Shown: positions 11,435 through 27,084 of the stretch, one piece after another
Layout of the letters: each line of letters starts with the position of its first letter
Numbering within the stretch: the first letter of the stretch is position 1
Assembly (NCBI RefSeq): GCF_035594765.1
Contig: NW_026943824.1
Location: 18,347,237-18,411,236, forward strand
Length of the DNA: 64,000 bases
From: Anolis carolinensis
Taxonomy: Eukaryota
Direction: 5' to 3'
Made by a program: the position numbers and the translations under genes
The notes under the pieces: model-generated
Told to the model about the DNA's origin: nothing
What the model saw: only the letters and a program-made list of their open reading frames with translations
The model's database searches: none

Positions 11435-14400
11435 TCTAATTATTACAAAAAATCTTGTTACTTACAGAGACACATTGCACAATTTATGAAGTCACTGGTA
11501 CCAAGGGACTTATTTACTTCTACAATTATATTATAGATCTCCTGTCTGGCACAGTAAGTAATTGAATATACTCTTCTTTTTTAGTTCAAGAAATACGTGT
11601 AGAATAAGAAAAGTTTAAAGAAAAGTTCTGCCTTCTTGGTAGAATTTTTGTTTACCAGACTTGGTTTTGGCTTCCAGTCTGGTGAGGTTAAACAGCTTGC
11701 CATCTGTCGATAGGTAGATAGATGATTTCTGTGCCGGTGGTTAGCTTCCCATTGTAACGAAGTGTGAATTTTTTAGTTTACAGATGTCATGTTTAATTGC
11801 GTTTTAAAAGGGTCAGTATTTCAGTTACTCTGCTCTCATGAGTTGGTTGCCATGGAGAAGTGGGCGGAGCCAACTGCCGTTTTGGTGGAGAAGTGCAGGT
11901 TTGAAAAAGAAGCAGTCTGTGCCCTGATGAGGTACAGTGAAGACTGACCCTCAGTTGAAGGGATCAGGGAGACTCAAATGCTTATTTCTGAGTCAATTTA
12001 AAATAAGTTTGGTGACTTATTTTAAGGTAGTCTGTCTCCTGATGAGGAACAGATAATCTGTGATTGTAATTCACAGGGTGACTGCAGTTTAGAGCAGTAA
12101 AGAAAGAAGTGACATTTTAAGAAGTTTGAAACACCTCATTCTAGAATCATAGAATCATAGAATCATAGAATAGTAGAGTTGGAAGAGACCTCAAGGGCCA
12201 TCTAGTCCAACCCCCCGCTAAGAAGCAGGAAATTGCATTCAAAGCACCCCCGACAGATGGCCATCCAGCCTCTGCTTAAAAGCCTCCAAAGAAGGAGCCT
12301 CCACCACGGCCCGGGGGAGAGAGTTCCACTGCCGAACAGCCCTCACAGTGAGGAAGTTCTTCCTGATGTTCAGGTGGAATCTCCTTTCCTGTAGTTTGAA
12401 GCCATTGTTCCGTGTCCTAGTCTGCAGGGCAGCAGAAAATAAGCTTGCTCCCTCCTCCCTATGACTTCCCCTCACATATTTGTACATGGCTATCATGTCT
12501 CCTCTCAGCCTTCTCTTCTGCAGGCTAAACATGCCCAGCTCTTTAAGCCTCTCCTCATAGGGCTTGTTCTCCAGACCCTTAATCATTTTAGTTGCCCTCC
12601 TCTGGACGCTTTCCAGCTTGTCAGCATCTCCCTTCATCTGCGGTGCCCAAAACTGGACACAGTATTCCAGGTGTGGTCTGACCAAGGCAGAATAGCCTTG
12701 CAACTGTTAACCAAAGTGCCTCTAAAGAGAAAGTTACTGTAACCATTAAGCTTTGTGCCAGAATAAACGTGTTATTGTTCTTTTAAACATCTCAGCTTCT
12801 GTCATATATATATATTACCATCAAAAAGAAACAACAAGAAGAAAAACAAAATTTAAAAGGTCTCCTCTCTAAGTAGCTAGTGGCTATATCTTCCCATAGT
12901 GGTGGCAAGCGTGGATAATCCCCTTTACATCTGGTGGCCGCATTATAAACATCTTTACAATTGGTGGCAGCGGTCATAATATAATAATATAAATTAAATA
13001 AACAATTCGACGTCTCTCTTCACCGCACCCATCAACAAGGTGCAGGATCATAGGTGTCAAACAGTGATATGTTATTGCCCCAATCTTATTCTCCATCTTC
13101 ATTGCTATGATACTGCGCCTTGTTCCCCATTGTGTATATGTCCATATGTAGTAACGTGACCTTCCTCTGTGCTCCCCTCTTGCAGGGTTTTCTTGAGATG
13201 ACCAGTCTTTTCTATGGTTATTACACAGTCGATGCAATACATTTGGGCCACCTGACATACCAAGTGCCGCTCGCCTATTTGCTCACCACGCTGGCCTACC
13301 TTTCATTGAGCTTCCTGTGGATTGTCAAGAGGTAAAAGTTGCTTGAAATGTCTGATGCAAGGGCACATTGTTGGCTTTCATGCTGTTTTTAGTCACACCT
13401 GCCACCCAAATAATACATTTAAAATGGGAATAATTAAAAATGTTTTTAGGATGTCTAGAAAAGAAAAGGCTTTATGTGTTTTTTATTACTGTATATACTC
13501 GAAGATAAGCCGAGTATTTCAGCCCTTTTTATGAGCTGAAAAATCCTCCCCCGGCTTATAATCGAGTCAAAGTCAAGCTGGCAGAGGAGCCTGGAGGCCG
13601 TTGCTTGCAATACCCCCATTTTAGAATGTATTTTAGAATGTTTTTATGATTGTTGACCTAAGTTATAATTTTTAAATTGATTTATATTGTATACAGAGCT
13701 AGTTTACTGTTTTTCTTTGAAATACGGTAAATATTAAAAAACCTTTAACCTTCTGATGCCTCAATATAATTTTATTGGGATCTATTTTCATTTTGAAATT
13801 GACCCATAGCTGCCGCATTTTCCACCCTCGGCTTATACTCGAGTCAATACGTTTCCCCAGTTTTTTGTGGTAAAATTAGGTTCCTCGCTTATATTAGGGT
13901 CAGCTTATACTCGAGTATATACGGTAATTGCATTTCAAGTCCACCGGTTCATTGCTCAAATCATGGATTTCTTTTTCTTAGAGCCGTTGAAGGGTTTAAA
14001 CAAAGCCTGGTGTGCAGCGACGACCGGTTTCAGAGCTATTGCAACAAAATATTTGCTGGCTGGGATTTCTGTATTACGGACGTCAATGCTGCGCGGCTGA
14101 AACACTGCAGTTTACATTATGAACTCAAAGTGAGTATGTGCGTTCTCTCTCACCTAGTAACAGGCTAATAATGCATGCAGTGAAATAAACACGATAATAC
14201 CAAACAACCACAAATGTTCTTATGGGAGAAAAACTGAATTAGTGATGAGGCAAACTTCAACAAAACAGTTAGTTTCAACTACAAGAGTCCTTTTTATGGG
14301 GATACTAGCTGTGCCCGGCCATGCGTTGCTGTGGCTAGGACTTAATTTTTCTTTTCTTTTTGTTGTATGAACGTAGAGGCGTGGATGAGATGTTGTGCTG

Positions 14401-17400
14401 TCAATTTTCGAGGTGGTGGGGCGTTTAGTTGTTTTGTCCGGTGTCGTGATTCCATTACCCTTTTATATATATAGATTATTACTATTAAACCAGGCTCCTG
14501 AGGGTCTGCAGGTGTGCCATAATATTAACAAATTATTATTATTATTATTATTATTATTAAACCAGGCTCCTGAGGGTCTGCAGGCATGGCATAATAATAT
14601 TAATATTAATTTATTATTATCATTATTATTATGATTATGAAACCCGGCTCCTGAGGGCCTGCAGGTGTGCCATAATATTAACAACTTACTATTATTATTA
14701 TTATTATTATTACTTGTTGTGCCCGGCCACACGTTGCTGTGGCTAGGACTTAATTTTTCTTTTCTTTTTGTTGTATGAACGTAGAGGCGTGGATGAGAGG
14801 TTGTGCTGTCAATTTTCAAGGTTGTGGGGTGTTTAGTTTAGTTGTTTTGTCCGGTGCCGTGATTCCATTACCCTTTTATATATATAGACTAGCTGTGCCC
14901 GGCCACGCGTTGCTGTGGCGAAGTATGGTGGTATGGGAAATAAAGTATTGAGGAATTGGTGGTAGTTAAGGTAAAGGGTCCCCTGGGCTGAGTGGGTTGC
15001 TAGGAGACCAAGTGAACGGAGCTTAGCCTTCTAACTGGCAGCAATTGGATAAAAACAATTATTCCTCTCCCTCTAATTAGGACTTTATTTTTCTTTTCTT
15101 TTTGTTGTATCAACCTAGAGGCATGGATGATGGGTTGTGTTGTCAAATTTCGAGGTTGGGGGGCCTGTAGTTTTGTTGTTTTGTCTGGTGCCGTGATTCC
15201 ATCACTCTTTTATATATATAGATGGACTAAGTTTGTTTTATCTTTGAATATTTCTGCTTGCAGACTGACTTGGAGGAAGAGCGGCTGAGGCAGAGAGTAG
15301 CGGAAAGAACGGCCAAAGAGAAGATACGCATCTATTGCTTGAGGATATTCCTAAACGTTGTCGTCCTTGCTGTTTTGTCAGCTTGTTTTTATTCCATTTA
15401 TAGAGCAACTGTCTACTCGCAAGAAAATATTCCCACTGTAAGTGACAGGCAAGCGTTGTTCATTGTGTTTAGATCTTATCTTGAGGCCGAGGTGCTCAAA
15501 GCAGGGCATGTAGTTCATTCCAACCACTGCCCAACTTTTAATCTTACACAACGAGCTTGGAAAATTAATTGTGCGGTCCTCACTTTGAGAGTTGTTCTAC
15601 TCCAAAAACTTTGTTTTTGTGGCTGCCACAAACTAGGTTGAGTTGGTTGAGACTCGATGATGAGAGACATTCAATGCCCATATACACATATAGAACCAAG
15701 ACAGACGCAGAGGCAATTTAACCTTCTCCTGAGGGGATGTTTGATTCTGGCCACAGGGGGGAGCAGCTGCTTCATCATCCACTGTGATGGCACTTCCTCA
15801 TTCCAACGTTGTGAATTAGTTAAATTTGCCTCCCCACTTTATAAGTGGTACCTTATTTCCTACTTGATAGATGCAACTATCTTTTGGGTTGTTAGGTCAG
15901 CAATGAGCAGGGGCTATTTTTTATTTTTTAATTGACGGGTGCTCACCCCGCCACGGGCTGGCCTTGGACTCATGACCTCATGGTCAGAGTGATTTATTGC
16001 AGCAGGCTGCTCACCAGCCTGCGCCACAGCCCGGCCCCTAATGACTAAGTTCTGTTCCTGGCTTGAAAGTGTGTGTTCCTGTTGGATTGTGTAGTACTGC
16101 CTTTGGAAGTAGTGGTCCTACTCCACAAACTTTGTGTACCAGAAACTTCATTAAATGTTTGGATGGCAAAGTTTCTCTTGTCAGGACAAAGTTGTCACCC
16201 TGTAGTCATCTTTTCACGATACAGTGTCACGGGAGTTACGTTCCAGGACTACCTGCGACAAGTGAAAATCAGCGAAGTAGGGATGCTAGGCTTCTCCTTG
16301 GGAAGGAAGTAGAAGGAGGGAGGGAGGAAAGAAGGAAGGGAAGAAAGAGGTAGGGAAACATGGTGCCTCCTCCTCCTCCCACTGCCGTTTGGGCTCCGCC
16401 CCGCCGTCCACACCCAACTGAGACCACCGCCACTGTAAATCATATTTTTTTATGATTTATAATATTGCTTTACCTGACTAAACCTGACTAAAAACCACGA
16501 TTTGGTGCTGTCTGGAAGCACCCATAATGTAATAGATTTTGTGGGCAGCAGGTTAAACAAATGTCTTTGTGTACCACAAAACTGTGGAATCATTTTAGAA
16601 CCAATCGGAGACAAGCTGAATGTGTCTGCCTCTCCTATGCACAGGACAGCAAGACTCGATTTGAAGATAACCTCCTGGTGCAGTACCTCCCTTCGATGGT
16701 GATCACCATGGCCAACTTTGTGGCCCCCCTGATATTCTCAGGGATCATCAAACTGGAAGACTATTCGCCAGGCTTTGAAATCCGGTTAACGCTGATGAGG
16801 TAGGAAGGAAGACTCGTATTTCCGTTCGGATGTAGTATCAAAAGGAATGCTTTCCCCACCTCCATGTGCCTCTTCTCTTTCTTTTCTGCCGGCCTTGCAT
16901 CCTATAGTCACTTGTGCCTTCATGGGCCATGTATTCCTCACTCCCACTTTGAGCATCTTTGTGTAGCCCATTTCTTTTCTGCATACCTTTTGGCAAGAAT
17001 GCCTCAAATTATACACTCCTTCTCCTCCTCTTCTTTTTCTTCTTCCTCTTCTCCTTTTTCCTCGTCCTCTGACCCACATCTTTATTTCTATGAGGGTTGA
17101 ATGAAAAGTAAGGCCTCCACCTTTGTAACTCCTCAACAGATGGCAGTCCTGGTCTGCGGCAGGTCCTGGATTGTTCAGTAGACTCTCCTATACAGTTCCA
17201 TTTGGCAGGAAGCCTTAGCATTGAACGGTTGTGTTGTTACAGTGCCAAGTATGGAACCCTGAGCAGACAGAGAAGCCTTAGCATTGAACGGTTGTGTTGT
17301 TAAAGTGTGAAGTATGGAACCCTGCGCAGATGGAGAAGCCTTAGCATTGAACGGTTGTGTTGTTACAGTGCCAAGTATGGAACCCGGCGCAGACGGGGAA

Positions 17401-20400
17401 GCCTTAGCATTGAACAGTTGTGTATTTAAAGGGCGAAGTATGGAACCCTGTGCAGACGGTCAGTCAATGCGACTTAAGCAACATGCAGTCATTGAATTCT
17501 TGACAGCAGAAGGTGTCACTCCAAAGTAGATTAATCAGAGAATGCAAGCTGTTTGTGGGGATTGTGTTGATGTGAGTCCTGTGCGTCGCTGGGCAAGTAA
17601 GTTTAAAGATGTTGAGGTGGGAACATCTGACTTGCGTGACAAACAAAGAGTTGGACGTACTGTGACAGCAACCACCGAGTTTCACAAGCAAAGGGTTGAC
17701 AGATTGATTCAGGACGATTGTCGTATCACTCAGAGAGAAATGTCAAGCATAATCGGCATTTCACAAGAACGTGTGGGTCACATTATTGCTTTGCTTGGCT
17801 ATCGGATGTTGAAAGAACTGTGAGACACTGGTTGCGGAAACTGAGTGTCGACTTCTTCCATGACAACTTCAGAAAACTTTTTCATTGTTGGCAGAAATGT
17901 CTCCAATTGTCTGGTGATGATGTGGAAAAGTGAACAGTGGTAGTTAAAGAGCACATTCTAAAGATTATTTCTGCGTTTGATTTATTAAAGTACTCCCATC
18001 CAAACCCAAGTAGCGAAGGTGGAGGCATTACTTTTCATTCAACCCTCGTATTCCATGGTTTTCTTCGTAGGGACTCCAGGCAGCTAGCAATCACTTTCAC
18101 AGTTGCCCCTTCCTCTTCTGCAACCAGAGCCTTGCATTTTAGCCGTCCTTGTGTACAAGTCAGAGTATTGAGAAGGGTTTTTCCTCCCTCGTTTCCCCTG
18201 TGAAGGTGCGTCTTTGTGCGGTTGGCCAATATCGGCGTTCTCTTGGCCTCTCTCTGGATCCGGATCAAGTCCTGTGCCGATGCAAAGTGTGCGGCCTGTG
18301 GATACAACTACCAGGACTATCCTGTAAGTAATGTAAAGCATCGTCATTCCTAGACTAAGGTTTCTGGAGAAATTGGTCGTAGGAGCAAAGGAACGCTGCA
18401 GGAGCTAGATGCGGTGTTTGGTAACTAGATCAGAACACTTGGAAAGCTTCTTTGAAAAAGTAATTCTAACCACAAACTCTTTATACTATAATCCAGGGGT
18501 CCCCAAACTAAGGCAAGGGGGCCGGATGCGGCCCTCCAAGGTCATTTACCTGGCCCCCGCCCTCAGTTTTATAATATAATATATTGTATATACATATAAT
18601 ATTGATAATAATATTATAATGTAATACAATATAACACTAATAATAATACCATACAATAGTATTAATTATATATTACTAATAATATTACTAATAATATTAC
18701 AGTATAGTGGTATAGTTCAATATAGTAATATATAATGCTAATAGTGTGCTATGCTAACAATATAACGTATTGTATGTACATATAATTTGTAAGCCACTCT
18801 GAGTCCCCTTTGGGGTGAGAAGGGTGTGATACAAATGTAGTAAATAAATGCAGTAAATAAATAAATAAATTTCAGACTTAGGCTCGCCCAAAGTCTGAAA
18901 TGACTTGAAGGCACACAACAACAACAACAACAACAACAATAATCCTAATTAACTTGACTATCTCATTGGCCATAAGCAGGCCCACACTTCCCATTGAAAT
19001 CCTGATAAATGTATGTTGGTTAAAATTGTTTTTATTTTTAAATATTGTATTGCTCTTTTATTGTTATTTCATTGTTCTTGTTGTTGTTTTTGCACTACAA
19101 ATAAGACATGTGTAGTGTGCATCGGAATTTGTTTGTATTTTTTTCAAATGATAATTTGGCCCCTCAACAGTTTGAAGGATTGTGGACTGGCCCTCTGCAT
19201 AAAAAGTTTGGGGACCCCTGCTATAATCTGTCACTGTTTTTGAAAGCTGATCGATTGTATCGTATGCCACCCTTTTATTAATCATTCATTAGAAGTGGGC
19301 AACAAGTGTTGGGTGATTTCAAAAAGGAAAGAATGGAGACGCAGAATCTTACTATGTGGCTAGAAAATGAATAAAGAGGCATGTCCCTGAGAAGTACCGT
19401 GTTTCCCCAAAAATAAGACAGTATCTTATATTAATTTTTGCTCCCAAAGATGCGCTAGGTCTTATTTTCAGGCGATGTCTTATTTTTCCATGAAGAAGAA
19501 TTCATATTTATTGTTGAACAAAAAAGTGAACATTTATTATATACTACCGTGTTTCCCCGAAAATAAGACAGTGTCTTATATTAATTTTTGCTCCCAAAGA
19601 TGCGCTAGGTCTTATTTTCAGGGGATGTCTTATTTTTCCATGAAGAATTCACATTTATTGTTGAACAAAAAAATTGAATATTTATTATATACTGTACTGT
19701 AGTTGTTATCACAAACCAGCATAACCAGACTAACTGTGAATCCTATCAAGAATTTCTTGTTATAACAATTATTTCCATGTACAACTGGTATGTACATTTA
19801 CCAATCCTGCATGCTCTGGTGTTCTGTTTGGCAGGCGCTGGGCAAGCTTCCAAACTAAAACTTTGCTAGGTCTTACTTTCGGGGGAGGCCTTATATTTAG
19901 CAATTCAGCAAAACTTCTACTAGGTCTTATTTTTTGGGGATGTCTTATTTTCGGGGAAACAGGGTAGCTATGCCCGACCACGCATTGCTGTGGCATAGTC
20001 TGGTAGTTAGGAAGCAGCCTGGCTTTGAAGCTGCAAGGCTGTTCAGTGATATTCAAGGTGGCCAACGGAGGATCCCCCTGGTTAGGAAACAGCCTGGCTT
20101 TGAAGCTGCAAGGCTGTTCCATCATGGCAACATTTTTTCGAAGTGGTGTTACACTCCGAATACAGTTATGAGGTCCTCTGGATAATGTAGCTGTTTCAGT
20201 TCTGCGGGGGCCTCTGCGTAGTAAGCAATGGGGGTTTTTCTGTTATTTGGACTTTATTTTTCTAGGGATTTTTGATTGAAAGACATAGATTGGATGACTA
20301 TGTCTTTTGTGGCCAAATTTGGTGTGATTTGGTCTCGTGGTTTTGTTGTTTACTCCATGGGAAAAACGCACATTACATTTTTATATATATAGATTGTTCA

Positions 20401-23400
20401 GTAGTTGTCATCACAAACCAGCATAACCAGACAAACTGTGAATCCTATCAAGAATTTCTTGTTGCTACCATTATTTCCATGTACAACAATCTATGGTACG
20501 TACATTTACCGATCCTGCATACTCTGCTCTTCTGTTTGGTGTACATGCTTCCAAACAAAAACTTTGCTAGGTCTTACTTTCGGGGGAGGCCTTATATTTA
20601 GCAATTCAGCAAAACCTATACAAGGTCTTATTTTCAGGGGATGTCTTATTTTTGGGGAAACAGGGTAGCAAGTCTAACGAACAGAAAATTGCAGGAGAGA
20701 AAGCGAGAGAGACAGACAAAGAGGAAGGAATTTCCCTGTTTGTCTATTTCCTTGATCCGGACTATAAACGTGTCCAGGATGTGGTTGAATTCCAACAACA
20801 AGAAACTGAAAAAATACAGTAAAATGCCTTTTAATGAGATTTTAATGATTTGTTTCAGTAATCATGTAATTCCCACTCATTATATCACTGTTGATGTCTA
20901 ACCTTATTATGTCTTCATTACCAAAAAGATACTGTATATACTCGAGTATAAGCCTAGTTTTTCAGCCCCTTTTTAAGACTGAAAAAGCCCCCCTCGGCTT
21001 ATACTCGGGTGAGGATCCTGGTTGGCTTATATTTGGGTCAGCTTATACTCAAGAATATATGGGACATTTATTATTTTTCTCTATTATTATTGGTATTACA
21101 GTAGAGTCTCACTTATCCAACCTAAACAGGCCGGCAGAACGTTTGATAAGCGAATACGTTGGATAATAAGGAGAGATTAAGGAGACGCCTATTAAACATC
21201 AAATTAGGTTATGATTTTACAAATTAAGCACCAAAACATCATGTTATACAACACATTTGACAGAAAAAGCAGTTCAATACACAGTAATGCTATGTAGTAA
21301 TTACTGTATTTATGAATTTAGCACCAAAATATCAAGATATATTGAAAACATTGACGACAAAAATGCATTGGATAATCCAGAAAATTGGATAAGCAAGTGT
21401 TGGATAAGTGGGACTCTACTGTATTACATTTATTATTTTACTCTATTATTATTACATTTATTATTGTCCTCTATTATTGTTGCTACTATTACATTTATTT
21501 CCCTCTATTTTTATTATTACTAATAATACATTTATTATTTCACTCTGATCTTATTATTATTACATGTATTATTCTACTCTATTATTACATGTATTATTTT
21601 CCTCTATTGATTATTATTATTACATGTATTATTTTACTCTGTTTTTATTAAAAGGATACATAAGCACATTTACATTGAAGAAGATGAGAATAATGATTTA
21701 ATCAGTTGGACAGTCTTATCTTAAATTGGAGCTTGATGTAAATATTCAAAAACATTTAACCTACTGATGCTTCAATTAATGTAATTTTATTGGTATCTGT
21801 GTTTATTTCTGAAATTTCCCACCCTCGGCTTATACTCGAGTCAATGTTTTCCCAGTTTTTTGTGGTAAAATTAGGTGCCTCTGCTTATATTCGGGTCGGC
21901 TTATACTCGAGTATATACGGTATATATTATTATATTGTTATATTGATGCAGGAGACATGGTGGAAAGATTCTTTTTTAAATTCTTTTTTTCCTGAGGTAT
22001 TCTGATAATCCTCTTGCCTTTTCTTTCAGTGCTGGGAGTCTCGCGTCGGCCAGGAGATGTATAAGCTTATGATCTTTGACTTTATCATCATTTTTGCTGT
22101 TACTGTCTTCATTGACTTTCCTAGAAAGTGAGTGTGAAACCATGGTATCCTTCTGGAATGGGGCACGGGGACACATCTATCTATCTATATAAAAGAGTGA
22201 TGGCATCACGGCGACCCACAAAACAACAAAACTACAGGCCCCCCAACCTCGAAATTTGACAACACAACCCATCATCCACGCCTCTAGGTTGATACAACAA
22301 AAAGAAAAGAAAAATAAAGTCCTAATTAGAGAGAGAGGAATAATTGCTTTTATCCAATTGCTGCCAGTTAGAAGGCTAAGCTCCGCCCACTTGGTCTCCT
22401 AGCAACCCAATAAAAAATAATAAAAAACACTAAAAATAATTAAAAACACTAAAAAATCAATACAATAAAATACTATAACAACAGAAAATAACTAAAAATA
22501 ATACAAGAAAATAATAAAATATAATAAATGAAAAGATAACTTACAATAAAATTAATTAAAAAAATACAAATAACGTCAAATAAAAATTACACAACAGTTT
22601 TTAACTAATACCACCACCACTTTGCCACAGCAACACGTGGCCGGGCANNNNNNNNNNNNNNNNNNNNNNNNNNNNNNNNNNNNNNNNNNNNNNNNNNNNN
22701 NNNNNNNNNNNNNNNNNNNNNNNNNNNNNNNNNNNNNNNNNNNNNNNNNNNNNNNNNNNNNNNNNNNNNNNNNNNATTCTATTATTATTGTAGTATATTA
22801 TCATATATATATGATAATATACAACAGATTGCTAAGACATTGTTTCCTTTAGTGGCTGTGAATAAGCTGTTGTTGTTCTAATTGTTATTAGATTGATGGT
22901 TACCCATTGTTCGGTGAAGGCCTTCCGGTGGTGTGGGCTGCAGGAGTTTGCCATCCCTGACAATGTTTTGGAGATAGTTTACGGACAAACCATTTGTTGG
23001 ATTGGAACTTTCTACTGTCCGCTCCTCCCCGCCATTGCGACCATAAAGTATTTCATTGTATTTTACATTAAAAAGGTGAGTGGTCTTTTTTTTTTGCCTT
23101 TACACAGAGGTTTTGATAATAATTCTGGCTATGGGTTATTGTCGTTGTTATCCAGCACAACTGGAGGATGCCAGGTTGGAAGCTGTTGTGTTATGGACCT
23201 TCTTGTCAGATCTTTATAAAAAAAATCCACATCTGTTTCGTTGAAAGCAGATGCTTGTTTTGTGGAGCAATGAGCCCAGTTGCTGTGAAATGAAGGAAAG
23301 CTGGTGGAAATCAAGCATTGTGTGCATTTCTCTCCTGTAATATTTGCAAGCCCTATATATCTATATTCATATCTATCTATCTGGACATCTCTCTATATAT

Positions 23401-26400
23401 AGATGAGGTGGAAAATGGGCTCAGTTGACATAAAATCCTGAAGGTAGAATACAAGGTCCAAGTGTTGTTGACCTCCAGTTGGACCTTACCTTAAAGGTTA
23501 GGGTTAGGGTTGTATTTGCCACCTCATGGATATGTACAAGACGGCCATAGATTACCGTATATACTCGAAGATAAGCTGAAAAAGCCTCCCTTGGCTTATA
23601 ATGGGGTCAAGCCCATATATCAAATATGATATATTTCTTTCTCCTCTTTCCCTCCCTTAACAGTGTGTTTTCTTTTCCAGTCAAAAGGGAGGAAAGGAGG
23701 GAGAGGAGGTATATTTCATGTCCTTGTTTGTATGGTTCTCTTTCAAACCCACCCAATTTCCTGGCTTTTTGTGTGTGTGTATAAATGTATTAATCTTACA
23801 TGTACATTTATTTCCGATATTTCATTTTTGTTCCCTTGGAAGTGTACACTGGCCTTTGCAAGCCCTATAGATCTATAAATATGTTTCTATAGATGCATGT
23901 TTCTCCTGAAGTCTTTGCAAACCATACATATATCCATTAATCTTATAAAAGCATTTTCCCCTGAAATATTTTTTAATCTCCCCTACAGATATACAGGCAT
24001 TTCCCTCTGCAAGCCTTTGCAATCCCTATGTACCTATATATCTGTATCTATCTACAGTAGAGTCTCACTTATCCAAGCTAAACGGGCCGGCAGAAGCTTG
24101 GATAAGTGAATATCTTGGATAATAAGGAGGGATTAAGGAAAAGCCTATTAAACATCAAATTAGGTTATGATTTTACAAATTAAGCACCAAAGCATCATGT
24201 TATACAACAAATTTGACAGAAAAAGTAGTTCAATACGCAGTAATGTTATGTTGTAATTACTGTATTTACGAATTTAGCGCCAAAGTATCACAATATGTAG
24301 AAAACATTGACTACAAAAATGGCTTGGATAATCCAGAGGCTTGGATAAGCGAGGCTTGGATAAGTGAGACTCTACTGTATATACATTAATTTTTCCCCTC
24401 ACATGTTTGCAGGTCTTTGCAAATCCTATATACATATAGATCCATGTACCTGTATATCTATATCCATATATACACATTATTTAACCCATTGATGCCTCAA
24501 TTAATATAATGTTATTGGTATCTATTTTTATTTTGAAATTTACCCATAGCTGCTTCATTTCCCATCCTCGGCTTATACTCGGGTCAATAAGTTATCCCAA
24601 TTTTTTGTGGTAAAATTAGGTGCCTCGGCTTATATTCAGGTCGGCTTATCCTCAAGTATATACGGCAATTGATATCTGCAGGAGTGGTGCTTTTTGGCAG
24701 GCACATGTTTATAAGACTTGTGCCTGATTTTGTCTAAAGGTGTGTGAGAACAATACAAAGGAGTCACAGTCTCCTTGAAACCCAAATATTAACCTTCCGG
24801 CACCTAAACAAAGGTACTTTCTTCTCTCCAGGTCAGTCTGATGCACACCTGTAAGCCTTCAACGCGTCCTTTCAGGGCGTCCAGCTCCAACTTCTTCTTC
24901 TTGGTGGTGCTCTTGATCGGCCTCATCTTAGCTTTCATTCCATTGGGACTTAGCATGACACGGTAAGTCAGACTTCATATAGGTTTTCCTGCCATTTTCA
25001 CATGTCAATCCATGTAGGTGAACTTGCTATTACCGTGAAACAAAATAGACTTTGTACTTCACGCTGGATCTTGCCAAAAATCTGGAAATATCCATTAGCA
25101 TGTTATGAAAGTGAATGGAATACAAGATGGATTGTATTTAACTGATTGTTGTTGTTATTTATGTTTTATGTATTTACTTGCTGTGCCCAGCCACGCGTTG
25201 CTGTGGCAAAGTGGTGGTGGTATTGGTTAAAAATTGTTGTGTAATTTTTATTTGACGTGATTTGCATTTTTTTTAATAATTTTATTGTAAGTTATATTTT
25301 TATTTATTATATTTTATTATTTTCTTGTATTATTTTTAGTTATTTTCTGTTATTATAGTATTTTATTGTATCAATTTTTTAGTGTTTTTTATTATTTTTA
25401 TTGGGTTGCTAGGAGACCAAGTTGGAGGAGATTAGCCTTCTAACTGGCAGCAATTGGATAAAAGCAATTATTCCTCTCTCTCTAATTAGGACTTTATTTT
25501 TCTTTTCTTTTTGTTGTATCAACCTAGAGGCGTGGATGATGGGTTGTGTTGTCAAATTTCGAGGTTGGGGGGGCTGTAGTTTTGTTGTTTTGTGGGTCGC
25601 CGTGATGCCATCACTCTTTTATATATATAGATTATGCTTAATTTTACTGGTTGTTTTTTAATCTGTTGTCGTCTGGGCTAGTCCCCATGTATCCCTGGGG
25701 AGATGGTGGCGGATACAAAAATTAAATTATTATTAAATTATTATTATGGAGGGACCATGTTCTTCCAGCTTCTTTCGTTCCCATAAATGTGGTCAGTAGT
25801 CCTTCAAATAAGGGATTTGTGGGAGCAATACAGCCCAACACATTGAAACAGCACTTTGCTTACTGTGTCTGGTCAACCATAAAGGAGGTGGATAACTTAT
25901 TATTATTTTTTTATTAGCGACATTTATATCCCACCTTTTTCACCCCAAAGGGGACTCAAGGCAGCATTACAAGTTATATATACATACAATATATTAAATT
26001 ATTAGTATAGCACAATGTAAGCATTATATATTACTATATTGTACTATACCACTATATTGCAATATTATTAGTAATATTACATGTAATATAAATATACAAT
26101 TATAATAGTGTATTATTATTATATTGTATAAGGAGCCTCCGGTGGCCTAGGGGATAAAAGCCTTGTGACTTGAAGGTTGGGTTGCTGACCTGAAGGCTGC
26201 CAGGTTTGAATCCCATCCGGGGAGAGCGTGGATGAGCTCCCTCTATCAGCTCCAGCTCCATGCGGGGACATGAGAGAAGCCTCCCACAAGGATAGTAAAA
26301 CATCAAAACATCTGGGCAATGTCCCCTGGGCAACGTCCTTGCAGACGGCCAATTCTCTCACTCCAGAAGCACCTCCGGTTGCTCCTGACACGAAAAAAAA

Positions 26401-27052
26401 TTATATTGCATTACATTATAATATTGTTATCAATATTATATGTACATACAATATATTATATTATTAGTATAGCACAATATAAGCATTATATATTACTATA
26501 TTGTGCTATACCACTATATTGCAATATTATTAGTAATATTACATGTAATATAAATATACAATCATAATAGTATATTATTATTATATTGGATTGCATTATG
26601 ATATTGTTATCAATATTATTAGCATAGCATAATATGAGTATTATATATTGTTATATTGACACAGGAGGCATGGTGGAATGATGTCTTCCTTGCCCCCTTC
26701 TTCACTTCCACATCTTGTTCTCTTTCTCGCCCCCAACCGAACAGCATTCCCTCCTCAAAGGCATGTGGACCTTTTGTGACGTTTGAGCATTCGTGGGACA
26801 TTCTGCATCACACTGTCAGTCAATTCCCAGATGTCTTGAGGGCAGTCCTGGATGGCCTCGCATCTGAAGCCTTTGCGGTGCCTTTCTTCATATTAATCTG
26901 GTGAGTGTGGCCAGGGGTGACTTTTAATATTTAATAATAATAATAGCAACAACAACAACACTTGGGAAGTGTTTGACTTGTGATTTTGTGATACGAAATC
27001 CAGCATATAGATCTTGTTTGCTGTGTCATGCTATGTCTTTGCGTCAATAATG

Positions 27053-27084
<32 letters not shown>

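Noticed and set aside
23497-23511. Telomere-like TTAGGG repeats
   Set aside because: Only about two units, too short to call an interstitial telomere.
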